A stretch of 17,190 bases of DNA from the NCBI GenBank assembly GCA_964549305.1, contig CAZJVM010000053.1, forward strand, positions 1-17,190, given 5' to 3'. This document shows positions 8,530 to 17,190 of this stretch, in pieces (the first letter of the stretch is position 1; every line of letters begins with the position of its first letter). The position numbers and the translations under genes were made by a program. The notes beneath the pieces are model-generated. The model made no database searches. It was not told the DNA's origin and worked only from the letters and a program-made list of their open reading frames with translations. Source of the DNA: an uncultured bacterium. GTDB taxonomy: Bacteria > Schekmanbacteria > GWA2-38-11 > J061.

Positions 8530-9105
8530 ATGAGTAAAACTGCTAAATATATTTTGATTACTCTTGCGGTCATCGTTGTAATCGGTATTGTTTTTACCCG
8601 CTTTTTCATTTCGGGAATAAACAATGTTGTGGCATTTGATGAAAATGTTAAAAAATCGTGGTCGGAAGTTGATAATCAGCTTCAGAGGCGATACGACCTT
8701 ATTCCGAATCTTGTTGAAACGGTTAAAGGATATGCTGCGCAGGAGAAGGATATTTTTGTTCAGGTGGCAAAGGCAAGATCCAGTGTAGGAAGTGCGGGAA
8801 CGATTGAAGACAAAATAAATGCAAATAATCAACTCTCCGGGGCGCTTGCAAGACTTATGCTCGTCGTTGAAAGATATCCCGATCTTAAATCAAATCAGAA
8901 TTTTATGAGGCTTCAGGATGAGCTTGCTGGTACTGAAAACAGAATTGCCGTAGCGAGAATGAGATATAATGAATCAGTAAACGGATTGAATACTTATATA
9001 AGAAAAATACCGGGTGTCATTTTTGCGAGGATTGCGGGTATAGGCAAAGCTACTTACTTTGAGATAAAATCGGAAGCCCGAGAGACGCCTAAGGTTAAAT
9101 TTTAA
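8530..9105 (+). CDS. lemA: LemA family protein
   Basis: N-terminal TM, WSEVDNQLQRRYDLIPNLVETVKGY, YPDLKSNQNF and ENRIAVAR.RYN. GGAGG RBS at 8516-8520. Confidence 0.95.
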   Translation: MSKTAKYILITLAVIVVIGIVFTRFFISGINNVVAFDENVKKSWSEVDNQLQRRYDLIPNLVETVKGYAAQEKDIFVQVAKARSSVGSAGTIEDKINANNQLSGALARLMLVVERYPDLKSNQNFMRLQDELAGTENRIAVARMRYNESVNGLNTYIRKIPGVIFARIAGIGKATYFEIKSEARETPKVKF

Positions 9106-9128
9106 TCTTAGTAGGGTGTATAGACAAT

Positions 9129-9169
9129 AAAAAAAGGGGAGATAACGTAATATCTCCCCTTTAATTTTT
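9129..9169. terminator. Bidirectional intrinsic terminator between lemA and the convergent HTH genes
   Basis: AAAGGGGAGATA (9133-9144) / ACGTAA / TATCTCCCCTTT (9151-9162), with an A-run on the left and a T-rich run on the right. Confidence 0.85.
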
Positions 9170-9186
9170 ATTGTGAGGCATGCGAA

Positions 9187-9381
9187 TTAATATTCGTCCA
9201 TATTTCCTTCTCTTGAGTTCAACCACTCGTCAATCGAGCTTCTTCTGAAGCGCCATCTGTTGCCTACTCTGAATGCCGGAATTTTCCCCGTGCGTACGAG
9301 TCTGTATATTGTCGCCGTATTAACTCTCATGTAACCTGCAACTTCCTTTAATGTCAATATGTCAGATTTTTCTTTACCCAT
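9187..9381 (-). CDS. Small excisionase-family (HTH_17 / Xis / BldC-like) DNA-binding protein, copy 2
   Basis: ILTLKEVAGYMRVNTATIYRLVRTGKIPAFRVGNRWRF...IDEWL. AAAGGA RBS upstream. Confidence 0.9.
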   Translation of the reverse strand: MGKEKSDILTLKEVAGYMRVNTATIYRLVRTGKIPAFRVGNRWRFRRSSIDEWLNSREGNMDEY

Positions 9382-9418
9382 TTCTATTCCTTTCTAATAC
9401 ATTTAAGGTTGCTAAAAA

Positions 9419-9613
9419 TTAAATTTTTTCTGTTTTGCCTTCGCCTGACTGTAACCATTCATCAATAGATGTCTTCCTGAAGCGCCATCTGTTGCCTACT
9501 CTGAATGCCGGAATTTTCCCTGTGCGTACAAGTCTGTATATTGTCGCCGTATTCACTCTCATATACTCTGCTACTTCTTTTAATGTAAGAATATCTGAAT
9601 TGCTTCCTGCCAT
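9419..9613 (-). CDS. Small excisionase-family (HTH_17 / Xis / BldC-like) DNA-binding protein, copy 1
   Basis: Same motif as copy 2. ATG 9613 has AAGGAG 6 nt upstream; alternative start is 9637. Confidence 0.9.
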   Translation of the reverse strand: MAGSNSDILTLKEVAEYMRVNTATIYRLVRTGKIPAFRVGNRWRFRKTSIDEWLQSGEGKTEKI

Positions 9614-9694
9614 TGGGGACTCCTTCCTCCTTTTCATAGTTAGCGTCCACTCCTTTTAAGAGTTTGACTCCGTTTGATTGTTTTTTTAAAAGTG

Positions 9695-9722
9695 TCATTC
9701 CTATCATTCCTATCATTCCTAT
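9695..9722. repeat. Perfect tandem direct repeat (TCATTCCTA)x3
   Basis: tcattccta at 9695, 9704 and 9713. Confidence 0.9.
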
Positions 9723-9726
9723 TAAA

Positions 9727-9755
9727 AAAATATATGATTTGGTATGCTTTGTCAA
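9727..9755 (-). promoter_or_regulatory. Sigma70-type promoter for the HTH pair
   Basis: Minus strand: TTGACA (9755-9750), 17 nt, TATTTT (9732-9727). Same architecture as the promoter at 4460. Confidence 0.55.
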
Positions 9756-10083
9756 ATAATATTTTAACTATTATAGGTTAAATCGTTAATTAAGGATAAA
9801 TAATTAACAATATTCTAAGACTAATTTAAATTATAAAATAGTTATTGTTTGTTTATTTATTGTTGCTTCAAAGCCCTTAGAATCCCAGTTTTAACGTCTT
9901 TTTTGATATAAATTTAAGTGCCTGTTTAACGGGTAATAAAGCAATAATTTCAATCTAAATTCCATATCGCCTGAGAGGCAGAATCATAAAGTTAATTCCT
10001 TATAAAAATGTTGCATTTCTTATTTAATGTGCTATTAACCGAGCATTCGCTCAACATAAAAACAAAAACGAAAAGGAGAGAAA

Positions 10084-11652
10084 ATGGTTGTAGGAGATAT
10101 TGTAAGAAATAATGCCGGAAATTATCCTTCAAAAACAAGTTTTATCTATGATGGAAAAAGGTTTACCTGGGCTCAGACAGATGAAAGAGTTAACAGACTG
10201 GCTAACGCCCTTTTGTCATTAGGGCTTAAACCACAGGATTCAGTGGGACTCATGTCCAGAAACTGTCATCAATGGTTTGAAACTGCTTTTGCCGTTGCTA
10301 AGGCCGGATTAAAGCTTGTCCCCCTGAATATGGCTTTTGTCGCTGCCGAAATCGAACAGATAGTTAACGATGCTTCAGTTAAAGTCTTAATTGCGGAGAA
10401 CAGCAAGGTAGAGCTTGCAAATGACATTAAGAGCAAATGCGCAACGGTGGAAACGCTTATCGGCATAGAGCATGATGCTCCGCACTCCCTTGATAATGAT
10501 TATGAAAAACTAATAGAGAGTTCCAATAGCGATGACCCCGAAATCGAAGTTTCCATGGATGATGTTTTCCTCCATATATATACCAGCGGTACAACGGGAG
10601 TGCCGAAAGGAGCAATGCTTACCCATTACAATAATGTAAGCGAAGGCATTTGCGCGGGATATGAATTCGGGCTTCGTCCCACGGATGTGGCTCTCAGTGC
10701 GCTTCCCCTCTTTTTTATAGGGGGATGGGGCGGCACAGCTCTTCCGGCGCTTGTACGGGGATGTACTCACGTAATAATCGATTTTAATCCTGACTTGTTT
10801 CTGGAAACCGTTCAGAACGAGAAAGTGTCCTATACCATTCTCGTGCCGACTATAATCAATATGTTAATCAATCATCCGGAACTCGAAAAATATGATCTTT
10901 CAAGCATCAGGGTTATTCCCTTTGCCGGTTCTCCTCTTCCCGTAGAACTTTGGAAGAGAGCAGCCAAAAAATTCGGCAACGTGTTTCAGTCAATTTACGG
11001 ATTGACGGAAGTTTGCGCCACAATTACCGTTCTTCCCAAAGAAGAAGTTTCTCTTGAAGGCGATGAGAAAAAAGTAGCAAGACTGGCTTCTATCGGCAAG
11101 GCGATGATTGGCTCCACTGCAAGGGTTGTTGACGAGAATATGAATGATATCGAGCCGGGAAGTGATGAAGTGGGCGAGATTGTCGTCAGAGGGAATACTG
11201 TAATGAAAGGTTACTGGCAAGCTCCCGAGATAACCGCAGAAACTTTCAGAGGCGGCTGGCTTCACACGGGAGACCTTGCGAGAGTTGACGAAGACGGCTT
11301 CATCTATATTACGGACCGTCAGAAAGACCTTATAATAAGCGGTGGCAAAAATGTATATCCCAGGGAAATAGAGGAAGTTTTGTACAGGTACGAGGCAGTG
11401 CTTGACGCTTGCGTAATAGGCGTACCCGATGAGAAATGGGGTGAAACCGTAAAAGCGGTTATCGTATTAAAGAACGGTCAGAAGGCAACAGAGGAAGAGA
11501 TTATAGAATTCTGCAAAGAGAATCTCGCATCATACAAGAAACCTACTTCAGTAGATTTTTTAAAGGAACTTCCGAGAACTGCTTCCGGAAAAATTCTCAA
11601 GAGAAAGGTTCGCGAAAAATACTGGGAAGACAAAGAAAACAAACTTGTTTAG
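10084..11652 (+). CDS. Long-chain-fatty-acid--CoA ligase-like acyl-CoA synthetase (AMP-binding, ANL family)
   Basis: YTSGTTGVPKG, YGLTE, GEIVVRG, WLHTGD, DRQKDLIISGGKNVYP.EIE and LPRTASGKI. AAAGGAG RBS. Confidence 0.93.
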   Translation: MVVGDIVRNNAGNYPSKTSFIYDGKRFTWAQTDERVNRLANALLSLGLKPQDSVGLMSRNCHQWFETAFAVAKAGLKLVPLNMAFVAAEIEQIVNDASVKVLIAENSKVELANDIKSKCATVETLIGIEHDAPHSLDNDYEKLIESSNSDDPEIEVSMDDVFLHIYTSGTTGVPKGAMLTHYNNVSEGICAGYEFGLRPTDVALSALPLFFIGGWGGTALPALVRGCTHVIIDFNPDLFLETVQNEKVSYTILVPTIINMLINHPELEKYDLSSIRVIPFAGSPLPVELWKRAAKKFGNVFQSIYGLTEVCATITVLPKEEVSLEGDEKKVARLASIGKAMIGSTARVVDENMNDIEPGSDEVGEIVVRGNTVMKGYWQAPEITAETFRGGWLHTGDLARVDEDGFIYITDRQKDLIISGGKNVYPREIEEVLYRYEAVLDACVIGVPDEKWGETVKAVIVLKNGQKATEEEIIEFCKENLASYKKPTSVDFLKELPRTASGKILKRKVREKYWEDKENKLV

Positions 11653-11674
11653 AACATTAAGCATCTGAAATTTG

Positions 11675-11712
11675 ACCTCTCTCGCCGAATCGGTGAGGGA
11701 GGTTTTTATTTT
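11675..11712 (+). terminator. Intrinsic terminator after the acyl-CoA ligase
   Basis: ACCTCTCTCGCCG / AAT / CGGTGAGGGAGGT (13-bp stem with two G-U pairs), followed by TTTTATTTT. Confidence 0.85.
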
Positions 11713-11988
11713 CCCGCCTCTTCGATTGTTTTTTAAAACAATAAATTAAAAATGACATTCGTCAATAATTTTACTCACGGAAGTCTCCAAATCCTTCTTT
11801 TTTACTATTTATATACTTATTGGCAACTGCGGTGAAGTCGTTTTTTTGAAAAAGAATGACAATATTGATATTTCGCTAACTTGTATTATATTAACAGACA
11901 TATAGTCTGTTTCCCCGCAAAAGCGACTGTAGAAAATGCTGTTCTATTGATGAGACTGTTGGGGGTTTTAATAAGGGGAGGAAGTGCG

Positions 11989-12399
11989 ATGGGTAATATG
12001 ATTCCTGCCGGAAAAGCCAAACTTTTGATTGTCGAAGACAGTCCTTATCTGCTCAGACTCTACTCAGAGGAATTTATGGATGACGGCTATGTGGTGCGCG
12101 GATGCCTGGACGGACAGCAGGCGCTTAAAATAATGAAAGAGCATAATGATATCGATGTTGTAATTCTCGATGCTAAGATTCCTGTAATGGACGGCAGAGA
12201 GTTATGTCGTAAGTTAAAGAAGTATCTGCCCAAAATACCTGTAATAGTCAATTCAGCTTATGACCATCTCGAGAAGGATTACAAAAGAGCAGGTGCCGAG
12301 GAATATATCATTAAATCCTCAAATCTGTCTTATCTGAAAAATACCGTAAAAAAATTTCTCGTCAGGAAAGAAAATATTTGCCTTAGCGCGCATTCCTAA
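11989..12399 (+). CDS. Single-domain response regulator (receiver only)
   Basis: LLIVED, phospho-Asp VVILDAKIPVMDG, VIVNSA and YIIK. AAGGGGAGG RBS before ATG 11989; the ORF-track start at 11881 is too early. Confidence 0.88.
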   Translation: MGNMIPAGKAKLLIVEDSPYLLRLYSEEFMDDGYVVRGCLDGQQALKIMKEHNDIDVVILDAKIPVMDGRELCRKLKKYLPKIPVIVNSAYDHLEKDYKRAGAEEYIIKSSNLSYLKNTVKKFLVRKENICLSAHS

Positions 12400-12442
12400 A
12401 GTCATTATCTGGTTGCCTTTCATTGAAATAATTTGCCGGATA

Positions 12443-13914
<1,472 letters not shown>

Positions 13915-13925
13915 TTCCTTTCTTC

Positions 13926-14942
13926 TTACATTACTCCTTCCTGAAACTCTTTTTTGAGGTTTCTTACCATCAATGACTTGATTGCATCGTTAGGATTTTT
14001 CTCGTGAAAAAGGATTAAATAGACTTCGTGACATATAGGCATTTCCACATTTTGTTTTTTTGACAGTCCTTCAACGGATTTTGCGGTTTCAACTCCTTCG
14101 GCAACCATTTTCATTCCTGCAAGTATCTGAGGCAGAGATTCTCCTTTTGCGATTTTATGTCCCACCGTGCGGTTTCTGCTGAGATTCCCTGTGCAGGTGA
14201 GAATCAGATCTCCTATCCCGGCAAGTCCGGCAAATGTGAGAAGTTTTGCATCCATTGAAATTCCGAGTCTGGATATTTCCGCTATTCCCCTTGTGATGAG
14301 TGCCGCTATGGTGTTATGCCCTCCACCGATTCCTGATATAATTCCTGCCGCAATGGCAATTACATTTTTTACGGCGCCTCCGAGTTCGACTCCTGTTATA
14401 TCGTCATTGGTGTAGGCGCGGAAATGGTTGTTGCTGAAGAGCTTCTGAAACTCTTTAGATGCTTTTTCAGATTTAGATGCAATGACCATGACGGTAGGCA
14501 TTTTTTTAGCCACTTCGATTGCAAATGTGGGACCGCCGAGCGTCACAATATCATATTTCTTGTCCTTTCCCAGGATGTCTTTTATAACCTGCGACATCGT
14601 GAGGTATGTCCCTTTTTCGATACCTTTGGATGCGCTTACAAAAAGGCATTCATCCGGCAGATACCCTTTGGCTTCTTTGATAACCCTTCTCGTAAACTGT
14701 GAGGGGACTACTGAGATTATCCGCTTTGCATTGGTGCAGGCATCTTCAAGAGAAGAAGTCGGGATTATGTTTTCTGATAATGTTATATCCGGCAGGTAAA
14801 CACTGTTCACCTTTGTTTTTGCTATTTCCTCTGCTGTTTCCTTCTCAAAACACCATAGATTCACCCTGTGTCCGTTATTGCCGAGAAGGTTTGCAATGGA
14901 TGTTCCCCAACTTCCTGCGCCGAGTACCGTTAATTTTTCCAT
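13926..14942 (-). CDS. gpsA: NAD(P)H-dependent glycerol-3-phosphate dehydrogenase
   Basis: VLGAGSWGT, SKGIE, GPTFA.E, GVELGGAVKNVIAIAAG, GDLILTC...SRN and VAEGV. Confidence 0.96.
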   Translation of the reverse strand: MEKLTVLGAGSWGTSIANLLGNNGHRVNLWCFEKETAEEIAKTKVNSVYLPDITLSENIIPTSSLEDACTNAKRIISVVPSQFTRRVIKEAKGYLPDECLFVSASKGIEKGTYLTMSQVIKDILGKDKKYDIVTLGGPTFAIEVAKKMPTVMVIASKSEKASKEFQKLFSNNHFRAYTNDDITGVELGGAVKNVIAIAAGIISGIGGGHNTIAALITRGIAEISRLGISMDAKLLTFAGLAGIGDLILTCTGNLSRNRTVGHKIAKGESLPQILAGMKMVAEGVETAKSVEGLSKKQNVEMPICHEVYLILFHEKNPNDAIKSLMVRNLKKEFQEGVM

Positions 14943-15263
14943 TAGTTGTTCTATATCCGGAAATGTTAACTGTTATTTATTAATGAATTGAATATTTTTT
15001 AAAAACTTGCAATGAAGGAATTTTTCAGAAAGAAAGCTAAAATGCAAGGGAAAACTTCTTAAGCTCCTGAATCTTCACTATAAATACAGTCTGATGGAAA
15101 GGGTAAAGGGGGCACCCATTAAAAGGTATCGCCGCATGAGATACCCAAAATAGAAAATAGAGTAAGGCAGATTAGTGCACGCCGTTAACCGCTCTGCGAT
15201 GCTTTTATAATAATACCCGCAAAACTCGCCCATAACCCCCTGCCAATATTTCACTGCACATCT

Positions 15264-15293
15264 TGTCACAAATAATAGGCACTTTTTGTGACA
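15264..15293. repeat. Perfect 9-bp inverted repeat with a 12-nt spacer
   Basis: TGTCACAAA (15264-15272) ... TTTGTGACA (15285-15293). Confidence 0.8.
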
Positions 15294-15358
15294 GAGACCC
15301 TCATTTTACAAGGCCGCCACATCGTTTCCAATTTAGTAACAAGGGCGCAATATTTCTC

Positions 15359-15425
15359 TTGACATTCCCTGCTTTTATTGTATAAAAAATTTACGATAAT
15401 CGTTCAATGACTGATAACCGTAAAT
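15359..15425 (+). promoter_or_regulatory. AbiE operon promoter with a downstream operator-like inverted repeat
   Basis: TTGACA (15359-15364), 16 nt, TATAAA (15381-15386). ATTTACGATAATCGTTCA (15389-15406) matches the reverse complement of 15408-15425 at 14/18 positions. Confidence 0.6.
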
Positions 15426-15446
15426 AATAAAATAAAGGATAAAACA

Positions 15447-16235
15447 ATGCCAAAATACCTCGGTCCTAAAGAAACAGAAGTCATCTCCAGGCTTTCATAT
15501 GAGAAAGTGACAATAATTACTAAGAAGCAGTTTGACAAGCTTTTCGGGCAGTCTGTTTTGACGCGCCAGATTATCTATCAATTAAAGAAAAAAGGTATTC
15601 TGAAACCTATCATTAAGGGCATTTATTACTATTCGCCTCTGGAGTCCGGGCCTGCCGGTAGGAGAATTAATGAGTTTTTAATACCGTCGGTTCTTTTTCC
15701 GAAGGATAATTATTATCTGGGTTATTCAACGATGTATAATTACTACGGCCTAACTGAGCAGATATTTCAAACCTTCTACATATTAAATACGTCGCTTCAA
15801 CGTGAGCGGGAAATTTGTGGCGTTTTGTACAAGCTCCTTAAGGTACCGACCAATCGGATGTACGGCCTTGAAAAAATAAAGATCAAAAATTCTGAAGTAA
15901 TCGTAAGCGATAGGGAGAGGACACTTATAGACCTTGTTTATTTCCCGGATTCGGTAGGCGGGCTTAAAAACGCGCTGGGGATATTTAAGAACGAAAGTTT
16001 ATCGAAAAAGACCGCTCTAAAGAAGCTGATCAGATACACATCAAAGTTTCCCAATATTTCAACACGAAAACGGATAGGTTTCATACTTGAGAAAGCCGGA
16101 GTTTCCGAACAAATGCTCGCGCCTCTTTTAAAGAGCGTTAAAAAGAGAGCCACACTTGTGACTCTCTATGGAGCAAAATCCCGAAAAGGGGAAGTTAATA
16201 ACAAATGGAAGGTTATCATAGATGATTCACGATAA
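15447..16235 (+). CDS. Type IV toxin-antitoxin system AbiEi-family antitoxin / transcriptional regulator
   Basis: N-terminal wHTH (L.KKG.L..I.KGIY), YYLGYSTMYNYYGLTEQI, VSDRERTLID and RKRIGFILE. AAAGGA RBS; overlaps the toxin by 14 nt. Confidence 0.85.
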   Translation: MPKYLGPKETEVISRLSYEKVTIITKKQFDKLFGQSVLTRQIIYQLKKKGILKPIIKGIYYYSPLESGPAGRRINEFLIPSVLFPKDNYYLGYSTMYNYYGLTEQIFQTFYILNTSLQREREICGVLYKLLKVPTNRMYGLEKIKIKNSEVIVSDRERTLIDLVYFPDSVGGLKNALGIFKNESLSKKTALKKLIRYTSKFPNISTRKRIGFILEKAGVSEQMLAPLLKSVKKRATLVTLYGAKSRKGEVNNKWKVIIDDSR

Positions 16236-17097
16236 TAAAGATGAATTCTCAGAAATCCTTGAACGCACATCCGGGCAGACAGGATTTTCGTTATGGCTCC
16301 TGGAAAAGGATTATTATATAACGATTCTACTTGATAAGATCCATGACTTAAGCGAGGGGCTGATATTCAAAGGCGGAACATGCCTAAGTAAAATGTATTA
16401 TTCATATTATCGTTTGAGCGAGGATTTGGATTTCTCGATGAAATTACCTGCCGGAGATGTGACGCGCAGTGTGCGCAGTAATTTGATGAAGCCGGTTAAG
16501 GAAAAGATTAAAGGATTCGCCGGAGATCGCAGGATGAGGGTTGAAGGGGTTGAAGCGGGAAAAAATTTGTCAAAGCAATATATTTTCTATGTAGAGTATG
16601 ATTCAGTGGTAGTGGAAAAGCCCCAGTCTATAAAACTTGAGATTGGGCTTCGGTTTAATCCGTACTTGCCGGTTTCGAAAAAGAAGGTGAGCCATACTTT
16701 TTTGCACCCCTTTACGAAAGAACCACTTCTCGATGTAGGGGCGGTTAATTGTTTGACGCTAAAAGAGCTTGTTGCCGAGAAACTAAGGGCAGCGGCAACC
16801 CGCCTTGAGATAGCTCCCAGAGATTTTTATGATCTGGGGTATCTTATAAAAGTCGGTTTTAACTTTAATGATTCGGAGTTTTTGCGGATATTAAAGAAGA
16901 AGTTAGCCGAGGACGAATTCGACAGTGATTTAAAAAAATACAGGGTTAATTTAGGCCGGTCTGATAAAGAGATCGATGATATGAAATCTCGCATTGAGGC
17001 CCAGCTATTGGATGTTTTGACGCTGGAAGAGAAAAAGAAATTTAATCTCACGGATACGCTTGGAAAGATTAACGAAACATTGAAAGATATCAAATGA
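16222..17097 (+). CDS. AbiEii/AbiGii (DUF1814) nucleotidyltransferase toxin
   Basis: LEKDY, LIFKGGTCLSKMY...RLSEDLDFS, AEKLRA and PRDFYDL. Confidence 0.9.
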   Translation: MIHDNKDEFSEILERTSGQTGFSLWLLEKDYYITILLDKIHDLSEGLIFKGGTCLSKMYYSYYRLSEDLDFSMKLPAGDVTRSVRSNLMKPVKEKIKGFAGDRRMRVEGVEAGKNLSKQYIFYVEYDSVVVEKPQSIKLEIGLRFNPYLPVSKKKVSHTFLHPFTKEPLLDVGAVNCLTLKELVAEKLRAAATRLEIAPRDFYDLGYLIKVGFNFNDSEFLRILKKKLAEDEFDSDLKKYRVNLGRSDKEIDDMKSRIEAQLLDVLTLEEKKKFNLTDTLGKINETLKDIK

Positions 17098-17190
17098 AGA
17101 AACAAATGAAAGCCACAGGTATAAATCCCGTTAGAAGTAAGACGCCGGAGGCGTCTGTTAATGGAACTAAAAAGTATACTTCTAACGGGA
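17094..17190 (+). CDS. 5' fragment of a translationally coupled ORF, 3' truncated by the window
   Basis: ATG 17094 overlaps the toxin TGA (ATGA). The frame is open to the window end: MKKQMKATGINPVRSKTPEASVNGTKKYTSNG. Confidence 0.5.
   Translation, partial: MKKQMKATGINPVRSKTPEASVNGTKKYTSNG
17126..17190. repeat. Palindromic MITE/REP-like element with 14-bp terminal inverted repeats and an internal hairpin
   Basis: TCCCGTTAGAAGTA (17126-17139) and TACTTCTAACGGGA (17177-17190) are exact reverse complements. Internal AGACGCC-GGA-GGCGTCT at 17140-17156. Confidence 0.8.

Noticed and set aside
9187-9637. Prophage or ICE inferred from excisionase-like genes
   Set aside because: No integrase, att site, tRNA or phage genes in the window; the flanks are housekeeping genes.
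9462-9755. 97-aa ORF containing IGMIGMIGM
   Set aside because: It starts at the TTG of the -35 box, overlaps the HTH gene out of frame, and its repeat is just the 9-bp DNA repeat.
11821-11840. Sigma54 promoter at TTGGCA
   Set aside because: The dinucleotide 10 nt after GG is GA, not GC.
15078-15269. 63-aa minus-strand ORF
   Set aside because: No recognisable motif or RBS; likely spurious.
17126-17190. Integron attC site
   Set aside because: The order is GTTAG...CTAAC, the reverse of RYYYAAC...GTTRRRY, and the cores do not fit the consensus.

Overview
AT-rich bacterial chromosomal segment, probably from an anaerobe (ferritin, 2x[4Fe-4S] ferredoxin, B12-radical SAM). Most of it is housekeeping or metabolic: pyrE, ferritin, a SucC/SucD-family CoA-ligase pair with a ferredoxin, a nucleotidyltransferase-TPM-LemA triad, an acyl-CoA ligase, a single-domain response regulator and gpsA-larB-bioD. 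Both ends look accessory. Left end: a reading frame missing from the ORF track (+ frame 3, <1..107) encodes the C-terminus of a Cys/Phe/Pro-rich repeat peptide (FVCVPA-FDCPGL-FDCPPPGP-FDCPQL-FGGGPPLL*). It is followed by a strong hairpin and an NTP_transf_5-type nucleotidyltransferase, which suggests the tail of a RiPP-like cluster. Middle: two near-identical Xis/BldC-like HTH genes lie downstream of a promoter whose predicted start site overlaps a 3x9-bp direct repeat. Right end: an AbiEi/AbiEii (type IV) toxin-antitoxin pair with an operator-like inverted repeat, then a coupled ORF that reads in frame through a 65-bp palindromic element. All calls come from reading the sequence; no database search was run.
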